From positions 960,001-1,024,000 of the forward strand of contig OZ244958.1 in assembly GCA_965222575.1 (NCBI GenBank): DNA of 64,000 bases, given 5' to 3'. The translations under genes were made by a program, and so were the position numbers. The DNA comes from Alphaproteobacteria bacterium. GTDB lineage: Bacteria > Pseudomonadota > Alphaproteobacteria > G965222575. The notes under the pieces are model-generated. The model did not search any database. It was not told the DNA's origin and worked only from the letters and a program-made list of their open reading frames with translations. The stretch's first letter is position 1; every line of letters starts with the position of its first letter. Shown here one piece after another: positions 48,539 to 60,019 of this stretch.

Positions 48539-49531
48539 ATGGTAGGGATAAAGGGGCTGTTGATGCTGAAGATGTGGGGTTTTGTTGTCATACTAGTATT
48601 GATGCCGACTGCGGTTTATGGCAAGGGAAAGTTCTATGGATTAGTGAAGCCTTTTGTGTTGTCTACTGATGAGGCGACAGAATTTTCTCATCCTTATAGT
48701 AATGGTGAGCTAGGGGGCATTGGAGGAACCTATAGTGTTGCGGAAGGAGGCACTTTTGGATACGATTTAAGTGTTGGCATAGCGGTTCAGGAAAACTTCT
48801 TTCTTTTAGCGCTAGAGGGATTTACTCTACAGGCTTTCAATGGGTTAAGGACAACTGTAATCTTGACTCATTTTCATGAGTTAGACGATTTAGAGGACTT
48901 TTCTTCTACCCATCTTGGCAGGAGGCTGAGAAATCCTCTCACGAATGAGGAGAGGAATTATAAGGTGGGGGTGGAGTATCCTTTGGAGGTGACAAAGATT
49001 TCGAGTTATGGTGGTCGTGTTGTGATAGGCTTCAGGAGTGCCTTGATGAGTTTATGGTCTGTATATCCTTATGTGACGGTGGGGTATCATTGGACGGAGG
49101 TGAAGACGCAAGAGACCTTAATTGAAACGGGTAGTGCTGTCTTTGGAAGTGGAAATTTGCTGGTTGTGAAAGAGTATAAGCAGGTGCTAGAGGGGGAGGA
49201 GGAGGAGTACGTGTGGCTAAAATTGCCGAAGATATTGCCGGATAATGTAAGGGCGAGTGGAATTTTATTGTACGATGAGAATAAAGATAACGGGGGGGAT
49301 TTATTGCCGGATAAGAAGAGTAAATCTGTAGTTTTACGCAAGGGCGGAGTCTTATATGGAGGGGGAATCAGACTTTATCATGAGAATGGTTTGATTTTTG
49401 GTTGTTCTTTTGCTTTAATGAAAGTGAGCCTCCCTAAGTCTGATGGACAAGATGGGGTTTTTGGTGATAGTATTAAGGAACGAACGACGTATATCAAGAA
49501 AGTGTCTTTGACAATTGGGTATCAATTTTAG
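48539..49531 (+). CDS. Outer-membrane beta-barrel protein, array member 2
   Basis: Signal peptide, YPYVTVGY, YGGGI, terminal TIGYQF. Confidence 0.75.
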   Translation: MVGIKGLLMLKMWGFVVILVLMPTAVYGKGKFYGLVKPFVLSTDEATEFSHPYSNGELGGIGGTYSVAEGGTFGYDLSVGIAVQENFFLLALEGFTLQAFNGLRTTVILTHFHELDDLEDFSSTHLGRRLRNPLTNEERNYKVGVEYPLEVTKISSYGGRVVIGFRSALMSLWSVYPYVTVGYHWTEVKTQETLIETGSAVFGSGNLLVVKEYKQVLEGEEEEYVWLKLPKILPDNVRASGILLYDENKDNGGDLLPDKKSKSVVLRKGGVLYGGGIRLYHENGLIFGCSFALMKVSLPKSDGQDGVFGDSIKERTTYIKKVSLTIGYQF

Positions 49532-49570
49532 GGGATGATAGATGATTATAGATATGTTATATTATAGAGT

Positions 49571-50374
49571 TTGATGAAGGAGAGGTTGGAAATGGTGAAA
49601 CGCTTGTTACTGATTGCAGTTTTAGTAGCACCTTTTATGGTGAACGCTAAGACGAGTAATATAAGATTCCTAGTGGGTTTAGGATTTAACACAATAGACG
49701 GCAAAATTGATGTGAAGGTGGATGATACCACTAGATTCCTAACGGCATATCAAAAGATTAAGGAGAAGAATGCGTTAGGGATGGATGTGAGTATGATATT
49801 GGGGCTGAATATGAGTGATCAGGTGGAACTTGGGCTTGAATTATTCCATGTGAACTTTGGGTCTGTGACGCACACACTTGTTGCTTCTCGGGCTAGCAGT
49901 AGCAATGCTAGTTCTAAACTGGACAAGGATTACGTCATTGACCTTGAAGACGCTGAAATCAAGAGTTATGGCTGGGCAATTTTTTTGGGGATTAAAGTGA
50001 GTGAGGATAGGGCATTTATGATTATTCCCTATGCCAAGGTAGGCTACCATTATGCGCAAGTGGAGTTGATGAAAAGTGAAGTGAATTGGACTGAGGCAAA
50101 TCTTCCTGCTGCTGGCACGCCTCTTGCGGGGACGGACACACTGGAGGAAGAGAGCATTACCAAAACAGGCTTAATGATAGGGGGCGGTGTTAATCTTCAA
50201 AAGGCAAACGGTGTGGTGATAGGCTTTGAGTATACGCAAAGCGCCCTGTCTTTCCCAAAGAGAGCTCAAGACAACATAACCCTTTGGGGAGAGGGGAAAA
50301 AAGCAGATGGCAAAGAAAAGTCGAGTACGGCTACTATTTATAGGCTAGCAGTGCGTTTCGGGTATGCTTTTTGA
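49571..50374 (+). CDS. Outer-membrane beta-barrel protein, array member 3
   Basis: Signal peptide, PYAKVGY, IGGGVN, terminal RFGYAF. Confidence 0.8.
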   Translation: MMKERLEMVKRLLLIAVLVAPFMVNAKTSNIRFLVGLGFNTIDGKIDVKVDDTTRFLTAYQKIKEKNALGMDVSMILGLNMSDQVELGLELFHVNFGSVTHTLVASRASSSNASSKLDKDYVIDLEDAEIKSYGWAIFLGIKVSEDRAFMIIPYAKVGYHYAQVELMKSEVNWTEANLPAAGTPLAGTDTLEEESITKTGLMIGGGVNLQKANGVVIGFEYTQSALSFPKRAQDNITLWGEGKKADGKEKSSTATIYRLAVRFGYAF

Positions 50375-50426
50375 AACTAAAGAGTCTCTTTTTTTTATGG
50401 CTGTAAGTTTTAATAAAGATTTTTAC

Positions 50427-50518
50427 TTGACTTTAAGTTTTTCTTATCTTATACCTAGTGTTTAGGGGGCGGAAGTGTGTAAACATTTCTTGACATGGAA
50501 GGGAGGAGTGACTAAACT
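50427..50518 (+). promoter_or_regulatory. Two tandem sigma70-like promoters before array member 4
   Basis: TTGACT-17-TATACC at 50427 and TTGACA-17-TAAACT at 50490. Confidence 0.45.
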
Positions 50519-50559
50519 TTTCCTTTAATATTAATAATCATAAAACGTAAAAGAGGAAT

Positions 50560-51360
50560 ATGATGAAAAACGTGAAAAATATAATCTTCTGTGCTTTGGT
50601 TTCTTTAGCTCTTCCATTTGTAGCAAGTGCCCAAGGTTTCGGAGATGGTCAAACAAGAGTCCTTGTGGGAATTGGATTTAATAAAGTAAGTTTAAGTGAA
50701 ACTTTTCTGATGGTCGCGGGCAATAAAGCTACCCATAGTGTGTCTCAAAAGGTGGATGCTAGCAAAGTCATAGGCTTTGATATTGGCGTGTCCTACAGCT
50801 TTCCAGTCTCTGAGCAACTAATGGTAGGTGTTGAAGCATTCTTTAGTAGCCTTGGGTCTTTTGACCGTACAGTGACGGTTGCAAAATGGACCGACTTAAC
50901 GGCGGGGGAGGATGGTACGACCGGTGGCCGTAATGTTGCTCCTGCGGATTCTAAAGGTAAGCTGTCCGGCTTTGGTGCAGCTGTAGTAGCAGAAATGATG
51001 GCCAGTGAAATGGGAACCTTTATGGTGTATCCTTATGTCAAAGTGGGTTATCAATTTACTTCAGTGAATCTAGAGGCATTGGCCTTGGCTGAGGTCCCCG
51101 CTGCGAATAGCAGTGGTATCAAATTCACCCCAACAGCTCTAACTGAAGAAAAAGGCTCTAAAGGCGGTCTGTTGTTTGGTGGTGGTATCAACTTTATTAA
51201 TGATACAGGCTTAATTGTAGGGGCTGAATTTTCTGTTGTGAAAGTTTGGTTGCCAAAACGAGCTACAGGTAGTAATACGACTGTTTACGGAGCAACGCCA
51301 GGTACGCGTATAGGTGAGAATGTCACCAAAATGACAGTGAGATTTGGTTATAGTTTCTAA
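50560..51360 (+). CDS. Outer-membrane beta-barrel protein, array member 4
   Basis: Signal peptide ending ASA, PYVKVGY, FGGGIN, terminal RFGYSF. Confidence 0.82.
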   Translation: MMKNVKNIIFCALVSLALPFVASAQGFGDGQTRVLVGIGFNKVSLSETFLMVAGNKATHSVSQKVDASKVIGFDIGVSYSFPVSEQLMVGVEAFFSSLGSFDRTVTVAKWTDLTAGEDGTTGGRNVAPADSKGKLSGFGAAVVAEMMASEMGTFMVYPYVKVGYQFTSVNLEALALAEVPAANSSGIKFTPTALTEEKGSKGGLLFGGGINFINDTGLIVGAEFSVVKVWLPKRATGSNTTVYGATPGTRIGENVTKMTVRFGYSF

Positions 51361-51390
51361 ATGATGTTTGTTTTTGTTTAGGTTTGAAAG

Positions 51391-51420
51391 AAGGGAGAGC
51401 ACACACTCTCCCTTTTTTTT
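51391..51420 (+). terminator. Intrinsic terminator
   Basis: aagggagag-cacaca-ctctccctt plus T-run. Confidence 0.8.
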
Positions 51421-51424
51421 ATAT

Positions 51425-53960
51425 AGTCCCCCCCTCACACTTGCCCCAAAGAGACTAAGCCCCGAAGCCCCAGAGAGGATTTGCCCCAAAGAGGCGAAGC
51501 CCCAAAGGACGCCCCCCAATGGGGGCTTTCCGCTTTTCTTCCTCTATAGAGGAACTTCTTCTTAGAAGACCCCCAGCACCTCTTCCCCAACGACTCCCTG
51601 CCCCCTCCCTTTATTCAACCCCCCCGCCCCCACGCCTTTGCCTTCAAAAGCCCTGCGTGCTTCTTCTATAGCCCGCATCTCTGAAGATTCCACCTCTGCC
51701 TCGCCACCTTCCCCAACGACTCCCTGTCCCCCCTTTTAACGCCTTTGCCTTGCCCCGCCCTTCACAAGATTCCCGCCTCTTCCCCCGTATCTTCTCCCTG
51801 AAAGATTGCCTCCGCCTCCCTAAAGATTCCCGCCTTGCGCCCCGCACCCTCCCCAACGACTCCCTTCCCTCCCTTTACCCTAAAAAGCCTTTCCCTTCAA
51901 AAGCCCTCGTATCTTCTTCTAACCCGCCTCTCTGAAGATTCCGACTCTCCCCCTGCCTCTAGCCCTGCGCCGCCTCCCCCCCCTTAACGCCTTTGCCCTG
52001 CCCCGCCCTTTTCCTGAAAGATTGCCCCACCTCTTCCCTTACGACCCCTGTTCCCTCCTTTTATTTACCCCTCCCCCTGCGCGCCCCTTCAAAAGCCCCG
52101 TATTTTCTTCTAACCCGCCCCTGAAGATTCCACCTCTCCGCCACCTCTTCCCCAACGACTCCCTGTCCCTCCTTTTATTTACCCCCCCCGCCTTGCGCCG
52201 CGCCTTTGCCTTGCGTGCCCGCCTAAAAGCTTCCCCCGCACCTCTTCCCTCAACGACCCCGCCTCTATTCCCTTCAACACCCCGCCTTTCCGCCTCCACA
52301 AAGACTTCCCTACATCCTTAAAGTCTTTGCCTTCACAAGCCCCGTATCTTCTTCTAGCCCGCCTCTCTGAAGATTCCCGCCTCCTCCCCCCGCATTTCTG
52401 TTCCTGAAAGATTGCCTCCACCTCTTCCTCAACGATTCCCTGTCCCCTCCTTTTATACTAAAAGCCCCAGCCTTTCCCTTACACCCCGCGCCCTCGTATC
52501 TTCCGTGCCTCCTTGAAGATTCCACCTCTCCGCCACCCTTCCCCAACGACTCCTTGTCCCCTCCCTCTTATACTAAAAGCCTTTCCCTTTACGCCCCGCG
52601 CCCTGCCCGCCTCCCCCCCTTAACGCCTTTGCCTTGCCCCGCCTCTCCGCCACCTCTTCCCCAACGACTCCCTGTTCCCTCCCTTTATACTAAAAGCCCC
52701 AGCCTTTCCCTTCAACAGCCCCGCGCCCTTCTACTCCCGCCTCCTGAAGATTCCCCTCCCGCCACCTCTTCCCCAACGACTCCCTGTTCCCTCCTTTTAT
52801 TCAAAAGCCCCAGCATTTTCTTCTTAAGCCCGCATCTCTGAAGATTCCCACCTCCCCGCATTTCTGTTCCTGAAAGATTGCCTCCACCTCTTCCCCAACG
52901 ACTCCCTGTCCCCTCCCTTTATACTAAAAGCCCCCGCCTTTCCCTTTACACCCCTTGCCCCGCACCCGTGCCTCCACAAAGACTTCCCTACACCCTTAAA
53001 GTCTTTGCCTTCACAAGCCCTCGTATCTTCTTCTAGCCCGCCTCCCTGAAGATTCCCGCCTCTCGCCTCTCCACCTCCCCAACGACTCCCTGTTCCCTCC
53101 TTTTATTTACCCCCCCGCCTTGCGCCCCGTGCCTCTTCCCTTCCACAACGACTTCCCTGCCGCCTTTCCCCTTAACGCCTTTGCCCTGCCAAAAGCCTCT
53201 CCCTTTACACCTCTTCCCCTGCGACTCCCTCCGCCTCCCTTCAAAAGCCCCAGCCTTTGCCTTCAAAAGCCCCGCATTTTCTTCCCTAGCCCGCCTCTCC
53301 TGAAGATTCCACCTCCCCGCCACCTCTTCCCCAACGACTCCCTGTCCCTCCTTTTATACTAAAAGCCCCCCCCCCAGCCTTTCCCTTCACAAGCCCCGCG
53401 CCCTGAAGATTCCCGCCTCCCCGCATTTCTGTTCCTGAAAGATTGCCTCCACCTCTTCCTCAACGACTCCCTGTCCCCTCCTTTTATTTACCCCCCCGCC
53501 TTGCGCGCCCTTAACGCCTTTGCCTTGCCCCACCTTAAAGTCCCGCGCCTTTGCCTTGCCCCGCCTCTCCGCCACCTCTTCCCCAACGACTCCCTGTTCC
53601 CTCCTTTTATTCCCCCCCCCGCCTTGCGCGCCCTTAAAGTCTTTGCCTTCAAAAGCCCTCGTATCTTCTTCTAGCCCGCCTCCCTGAAGATTCCCGCCTC
53701 TCCACCTCTTCCCCAACGACTCCCTGTCCCTTCCCTTTATACTAAAAGCCCCCAGCCTTTCCCTTTACACCCCGCGCCCCGCGCTCCGTGCCTCCACAAA
53801 GACTTCCCTACACCCTTAACGCCTTTGCCTTGCCCCGCTCTCCGCCACCTCTTCCCCAACGACTCCCTGTCCCCTCCCTTTATTCAAAAGCCCCCAGCTT
53901 TTCCCTTCACAACCCGCGCCCCCATTTCCCCCCGCATCTCCCTTCACAATCCGCACTTTG
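51425..53960. repeat. C-rich mosaic repeat island built from shuffled short modules
   Basis: About 17-19 copies of ccacctcttccccaacgactccctgt at mostly ~100-185 bp spacing, interleaved with recurring modules. Confidence 0.93.
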
Positions 53961-54084
53961 TGCCCTAGAAAGAATTGATAAGGGGGGTAGGGACACTTTT
54001 GTTTGAAGTCGTTTCCATAATTTTCTTGACTTTCCCTTGAAAGTTTTGAAAAATAGGTAAGAATGAACAATTTTATAGAATTGT

Positions 54085-54915
54085 ATGCTAAAAAATAAAG
54101 AGGAATCGTCAATGAAAAGATTGAAAAACATCACTGTTTCACTATCTTTAGTATTAATATCTTCTGCGCTATTTTCTGCACCGTTAGTGGCGACTGCTGA
54201 GAACTTAGATATGAGAATGAAAGTGCTAGTGGGAGTTGGGATGAGTAAGCTTACTAAGATGTCTAACACCCTTAAGGCAAAAGCAACAGGTCATTATATA
54301 TCGGGAACTCAAGACCTTGAAGATAGCCAAGTGGTAGGCTTTGGTATTGGTGTTTTTCTTGGGTTACATACTACGAACAATCTGGAAGTAGGAATTGAGG
54401 CTTTCTTTGATGCTTTTGGCTCTTTTGAGCGTAACATGGTTTTTAAGCAGGCAAGTACTGCCGATGAAGCGTTATCGGAAGCAAAGTCCTTTATGCTAAA
54501 AAAAGCTGAGCTTTCTGGCTTTGGCGGCGCGGTTGTTTTAGGCATGAAGACTCCTCAAAAAATCTTTATTTTCTCTCCATATGCTAAAGCGGGGGTTCAA
54601 TATGTAACGGTCAAGTTCCCTCAACAGATACTGGAATGGGATGAGGATATCAAGTTACAGAAGATTAGCACCTCTTCTTTTACTCACAGAGATTTGATAG
54701 AAGCGGAATCCAGAAGTAAGTGGGGTATTGTCATAGGGGGGGGGGTTAATCTTATCAGTAAAGCATCGGGTGCCTTGATAGGGGTGGAAGCTGTGATGAT
54801 AAAGGTTTCCTTGCCTGAACTTACCACAGAAGAAAATAAGAAAAATTGGGAGGGGGGAAAGGATGTGACTGAGAATCTCATAAGAGTATCCTTGAGGTTT
54901 GGTTATAGCTTTTAA
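54085..54915 (+). CDS. Outer-membrane beta-barrel protein, array member 5
   Basis: Signal peptide, LSGFGGAVV, PYAKAG, IGGGVN, terminal RFGYSF; probable start ATG 54112. Confidence 0.82.
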   Translation: MLKNKEESSMKRLKNITVSLSLVLISSALFSAPLVATAENLDMRMKVLVGVGMSKLTKMSNTLKAKATGHYISGTQDLEDSQVVGFGIGVFLGLHTTNNLEVGIEAFFDAFGSFERNMVFKQASTADEALSEAKSFMLKKAELSGFGGAVVLGMKTPQKIFIFSPYAKAGVQYVTVKFPQQILEWDEDIKLQKISTSSFTHRDLIEAESRSKWGIVIGGGVNLISKASGALIGVEAVMIKVSLPELTTEENKKNWEGGKDVTENLIRVSLRFGYSF

Positions 54916-55121
54916 GTCACCTCTTAAGCCCTTTTATCTTAAGCGGGATTTATACGCAACTTGCCTTCTCTGTAAGCTTTTTTTCTATACCTTTATTTGA
55001 GCTGTAAGCTTAGGCTTTATAGCCAAGTGCTGTGAGAGAGGAATGAGGAGTTTAGGCTTTGTTTAGCGAAAATTTTTTGTTACCCTGAAGGCAACTTTCC
55101 TAACGCTACTGTTATTTTTTT

Positions 55122-56268
55122 ATGTCTTTTTCTTCTGTTACCCTTGCCCCTCCTTGTGATGTGGCATTGGTGTTGGAGGATGGTAAGAGGTTGGAGGGGT
55201 TAAGCTTTGGGGCTAAGGGCAAGGTGTTGGGGGAGATTTGTTTTCAGACTGCTATGACGGGCTATCAAGAGATTTTGACAGACCCTTCTTATAATGGGCA
55301 GATTATTATTTTTACCTTTCCTCACATAGGCAATACTGGTGGTAATCGCGAGGATATGGAGACGACTGCCTCTTATCATGCTAGGGGGATGGTGGTGCGT
55401 GATTCTGTGACGCCCCCTTCTAGTTGGCGGGCGACTTTCTCCTTACAGCAGTGGTTACAACAGCGCAAGATTGTTGGTATTAGTGGAATAGATACGCGTT
55501 TTCTCACTAGGCTTATTAGGACACAAGGGGCTCAACGGGCGGCTATTTGCTCTGTGGAGGAGAAGGCGGAGAGTGTCAGAGAGGAAATTAGGGCTTATCC
55601 CTTGATGCAGGGTCGTGAGTTAGCGGCAGAGAGTGGGACTAAGGTACCTTATGCTTATGGGGATTCTGGGGCGCCTTTTTATGTAGCTGTTGTTGATTAT
55701 GGGGTTAAGAAGCAGATTTTGGATTGTTTGTCTTCTATGGGGTGTTATATGACTGTTGTCCCGGCGGGTATGTCGGCTAGGGAGATTACTGCTCTTAGGC
55801 GCGAAGGAGGGAGGACTTCATGGGATTTTGTTGTCTAATGGACCCGGAGACCCGGCGGCTACAGGGCGTTATGCTACGGCAATACTGCGCGGGCTTTTAG
55901 AGACTGCTCTTCCTATTTTTGGTATTTGTATGGGGCATCAGTTGTTGGCTATGGCTTTGGGGTGTGAGACCTATAAAATGTCTTTTGGCCATAGGGGGGC
56001 TAATCAGCCCGTGAAGGAGTTAGAAACGGGGCGTTGTTTTATTACCTCGCAAAATCATGGCTTTGTGGTGAGGGAGGAGACTTTGCCGTCTCAAGTGGAA
56101 GTGACTTACCGCTCCTTGTTTGATAAGTGTATAGAGGGGATAAAAGTACGAGGTAGGCCGGTTTTTTCTGTACAATTTCATCCTGAGGCTAGTCCGGGCC
56201 CTCAGGACTGTCGTTATCTCTTTGAGCAATTCTTGGCTTTTATGGAGTCTTATAAGAACCATGCCTAG
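55122..56268 (+). CDS. carA: Carbamoyl-phosphate synthase small subunit, split by a +1 frameshift near 55794-55815
   Basis: [17 protein letters not shown] in frame 0; [15 protein letters not shown] and [10 protein letters not shown] in frame +1. Confidence 0.92.
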
Positions 56269-59200
56269 GCGTGATGACCTTGAGACCATTTTGGTAATTG
56301 GAGCAGGCCCTATTGTGATTGGTCAGGCTTGTGAGTTTGATTATTCGGGCACGCAGGCTTGTGGAGCCTTGAAAGAGGAAGGATACAGGGTTGTTTTGTT
56401 GAATTCTAATCCTGCTACGATTATGACTGACCCTGCTTTTTCTGATGCGACTTATATTGAGCCTATTTGCGAGGAGGCGGCGGAGAGGATTATTGAAAAA
56501 GAGCGTCCTTGTGCTCTTTTGCCTACTGTGGGGGGGCAGACGGCATTAAATGTGTCTATGAGGTTGGCGAAAAAGGGGGTATTGGACTGTCATGGCGTGG
56601 AGATGATAGGGGCTTCTGCCCTGTGTATTGAGCGAGCTGAGGACAGGCAGGTGTTCAAGAGCATTATGGAGGACATTGGTTTTGATACGCCGAAGGCTGT
56701 TATGGCCTCCTCTGAAGAGGAAGCCATGGAGGGCTTGCGAACCATAGGGTTACCGGTGGTGATTAGGCCTTCTTTTACTTTAGGGGGGCAGGGAGGCGGC
56801 ATTGCGCGAAAAGAAGAGGAGTTTTTGGAGATTATTCGTGGAGGATTGAAGGCTTCTTTGGTGCATCAGGTAATGATAGAACAGTCTGTGTTGAATTGGA
56901 AAGAGTATGAAATGGAGGTAGTGCGTGATAAGAATGATAATTGTATTATTGTTTGCTCCATTGAGAACATTGACCCTGTGGGGGTTCATACGGGGGATTC
57001 TGTGACGGTTGCACCTGCTCTTACCTTGACGGACAAGGAGTATCAAGCCATGCGCAATGCGTCTTTTCGTATATTGCGGGCTATTGGCATAGAGACGGGG
57101 GGGAGTAATGTGCAGTTTGCGGTAGAACCTGAGAGTGGGCGGATGGTGGTGATTGAAATGAATCCCAGAGTGTCGAGGTCTTCTGCCTTAGCCTCTAAGG
57201 CTACGGGGTTTCCTATTGCGAAGATTGCATCAAAGCTTGCTATTGGGTATACGCTGGATGAGTTGAAAAATGATATTACCAGAACGACTCCTGCTTCTTT
57301 TGAGCCTACTTTGGATTATGTTGTGACAAAAATGCCTCGTTTTGCCTTTGAGAAGTTTCCTGCTGCAGTGCCGCGCTTGGGAACTTCCATGCATTCGGTG
57401 GGAGAGGCCATGGCTATTGGGGGGACTTTTAAGGAGAGTTTACAAAAGTTGGTCTGTTCTTTAGAGACGGGATTAGATAGTTTATCTTATCCGGGGGAGG
57501 TTGGGACAAAAGAGGAGGTCTTGGAGACCTTAGGGACTCTTGTGCCTCATAGGCTATTATTGGTGGCAGAGGCTTTTAGGTTGGGGGCGACGGTGGAGCA
57601 AATTTATGGACGATGTTTTTATGACAGGTGGTTTTTGCGCCAGATAAAGGAGCTTGTAGAAGCTGAGGAGATTCTCAGAGCAATGCCTCTTCTTCCTACC
57701 TGTCGGCGACAGTGGTTTGCTATTAAGGAACAGGGGTTTTCTGATGCTTTTTTAGCCCGCCTTTGGCGTACGGATGAGCAAACTGTTTTTCAGTGCAGAA
57801 AGAGTTATCTTGTGACTCCTAGATATTGTCAGATTGATACTACGGCTGCTGAGTTTGAGTCTTATACGCCTTATCTGTATTCTACTTATGTTTCACTTGC
57901 ACCGTTTGCTTCACTGGAGGCAGTGCCTTCTTCGGGGAGTAAGAGAGTCCTGATACTAGGAAGTGGGCCTAATAGAATAGGACAGGGCTTGGAGTTTGAT
58001 TATTGTTGTGTTCATGGGGCTTGGGCGTTGAAAGCTGAGGGTGTTGTGCCTATTATGGTGAACTGCAATCCTGAGACGGTTTCCACGGATTATGATACGG
58101 CTGACAGACTGTATTTTGAACCGATTACATTGGAGAGTTTGCGTAATATTTTGCATTTTGAAAACACAGTTGATGGATTTTTTGGTGTCATCTCTCAATT
58201 TGGTGGACAAACGCCTCTGAATCTTGTCAAAGACCTTGAAAAAGAGACGGTCATTTTGGGGACTTCTGCTAAGGGTGTAGAGTTGGCTGAGGATAGGAAG
58301 CATTTTTCTGCTCTTGTGGCACAACAGGGGCTTTCTCAACCGCGTAATGGAGCGGCTTTTTCCTTCAAGCAAGCGCTCTGTATTGCTAAGAGCATTGGCT
58401 TTCCTGTTATGGTTCGCCCTTCTTATATTCTAGGAGGGCAAAAAATGTGCGTCATTCATTCTGAAGAGGCTTTGAAGACTTATATCGAATCCAATGACTC
58501 TGATGACCCTATTTTGATAGAGGAGTTTTTAGAAGAGGCTATAGAGGTGGATGTGGATTGCTTATATGATGGCAAAACGATTTATCTCGGTGGGATTATG
58601 GAGCATATTGAAAGAGTTGGCATTCACTCTGGAGATTCTGCTTGTGTTCTGCCCTCTCAGTCTTTATCACGTGGGGTGAAAAGCGCTATTTTTGACCATA
58701 CGCGGCAATTAGCTGATTCTTTAGGTGTTAGAGGACTGATGAATGTGCAGTATGCCATTAAGGGGCAACAGATTTATGTGATAGAAGCTAATCCGCGGGC
58801 GTCGCGCACCATTCCTTTTGTTTCTAAAGCCACTGGGACTCCTCTTATGGTTTGGGCTACAAAGATTCTCATGGGGCATTCTTTAGAAAGTATAGCCCCG
58901 GAACTTTCTCACGAGCAACAGAGGGTTTTATCTCTTCCTTATGTTTGTGTGAAAGAATCTGTGTTTCCTTTTAAGCGGTTTAAGAATGTGGATATACTGC
59001 TAGGGCCGGAGATGCGCTCAACGGGGGAGGTTATGGGCATTGATAGGGATGTTGCGAAGGCGTTTGCGAAAGCGCAAATGGCAGCGGGAGGGAGTCTTCC
59101 CATGGAGGGGCTTGTCTTAATTTCTGTGAAGGATGATGATAAAAGTCGAGCTTTTGCTGTGGCTAGAACATTGAAAGAGGCTGGTTTTTCTATTGTGTGT

Positions 59201-59500
59201 ACGAAGGGAACGGCAACTTTTTGTAGACGGCGCGGGCTGAAGGTACAAATGGTGCAAAAAGTAGTGGAAGGCTCTCCTCATATCGTAGAACGTATCCAAA
59301 GAGGCGAAATTAAGCTTGTTTTTAATACAACGGAAGGCAAACACTCTATAGAAGATAGCTTCAAAATCAGAAGAATAACACTTCTGTATGATGTGCCTTA
59401 TTTTACGACCATTGAAGGGATGGAAGCAATGATGCAGGCTATTTTATCTGTGAAAAAACAAAAACTTGATTTTTCCCCTTTACAGGATTACTCTCTATAG
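56261..59500 (+). CDS. carB: Carbamoyl-phosphate synthase large subunit
   Basis: MPRRDDL...[17 protein letters not shown], two ATP-grasp halves, MGS domain. Confidence 0.98.
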   Translation: MPRRDDLETILVIGAGPIVIGQACEFDYSGTQACGALKEEGYRVVLLNSNPATIMTDPAFSDATYIEPICEEAAERIIEKERPCALLPTVGGQTALNVSMRLAKKGVLDCHGVEMIGASALCIERAEDRQVFKSIMEDIGFDTPKAVMASSEEEAMEGLRTIGLPVVIRPSFTLGGQGGGIARKEEEFLEIIRGGLKASLVHQVMIEQSVLNWKEYEMEVVRDKNDNCIIVCSIENIDPVGVHTGDSVTVAPALTLTDKEYQAMRNASFRILRAIGIETGGSNVQFAVEPESGRMVVIEMNPRVSRSSALASKATGFPIAKIASKLAIGYTLDELKNDITRTTPASFEPTLDYVVTKMPRFAFEKFPAAVPRLGTSMHSVGEAMAIGGTFKESLQKLVCSLETGLDSLSYPGEVGTKEEVLETLGTLVPHRLLLVAEAFRLGATVEQIYGRCFYDRWFLRQIKELVEAEEILRAMPLLPTCRRQWFAIKEQGFSDAFLARLWRTDEQTVFQCRKSYLVTPRYCQIDTTAAEFESYTPYLYSTYVSLAPFASLEAVPSSGSKRVLILGSGPNRIGQGLEFDYCCVHGAWALKAEGVVPIMVNCNPETVSTDYDTADRLYFEPITLESLRNILHFENTVDGFFGVISQFGGQTPLNLVKDLEKETVILGTSAKGVELAEDRKHFSALVAQQGLSQPRNGAAFSFKQALCIAKSIGFPVMVRPSYILGGQKMCVIHSEEALKTYIESNDSDDPILIEEFLEEAIEVDVDCLYDGKTIYLGGIMEHIERVGIHSGDSACVLPSQSLSRGVKSAIFDHTRQLADSLGVRGLMNVQYAIKGQQIYVIEANPRASRTIPFVSKATGTPLMVWATKILMGHSLESIAPELSHEQQRVLSLPYVCVKESVFPFKRFKNVDILLGPEMRSTGEVMGIDRDVAKAFAKAQMAAGGSLPMEGLVLISVKDDDKSRAFAVARTLKEAGFSIVCTKGTATFCRRRGLKVQMVQKVVEGSPHIVERIQRGEIKLVFNTTEGKHSIEDSFKIRRITLLYDVPYFTTIEGMEAMMQAILSVKKQKLDFSPLQDYSL

Positions 59501-59539
59501 TCTGAAAAGCTTTTTGAAGATTTTGAAGGAGGGTATCTC

Positions 59540-60019
59540 TTGAGTGCTGGTCCTGTACCCATGACGAAAAGAGGCCATAAGTTGCTGGTTGAGGAGTTGA
59601 AAAAACTCAAAGAAATTGAGCGTCCTAAAGTTATTGAAGCCATTGCAACCGCTAGAGAGTACGGAGATTTGTCGGAAAATGCTGAATATCATGTGGCTAA
59701 AGAAAGACAAGGCTTTTTAGAAGGACGTATTCAGGAGCTTTCTTACAAGTTAGGATGCGCTGAGATTGTTGATACCTCTATTGTCTCTGTTTCTGTTGTG
59801 TCTTTTGGGGCGACGGTGGAGCTTGAGGGTCATGATGAAGAAGAAACAGTGACTTATCAAATTGTAGGCGAAGATGAGGCTGATATCCGGCAAGGGTATC
59901 TTTCTATTACCTCTCCTCTTGCGCGGTCTCTTTTAGGGAAAGAGAGAGAGGATGAAGTGAGTATTCAGACCCCAAAGGGGACGCGCACCTTTACGCTTAT
60001 TGATATCAAAGCTGTTTAG
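59540..60019 (+). CDS. greA: Transcription elongation factor GreA
   Basis: AREYGDLSENAEYH, SPLARSLLGK. Confidence 0.96.
   Translation: MSAGPVPMTKRGHKLLVEELKKLKEIERPKVIEAIATAREYGDLSENAEYHVAKERQGFLEGRIQELSYKLGCAEIVDTSIVSVSVVSFGATVELEGHDEEETVTYQIVGEDEADIRQGYLSITSPLARSLLGKEREDEVSIQTPKGTRTFTLIDIKAV

Noticed and set aside
51425-53960. CRISPR array or protein-coding genes in the C-rich island
   Set aside because: Intervals are irregular and built from shared modules; the many short ORFs on both strands are low-complexity products of the repeats.
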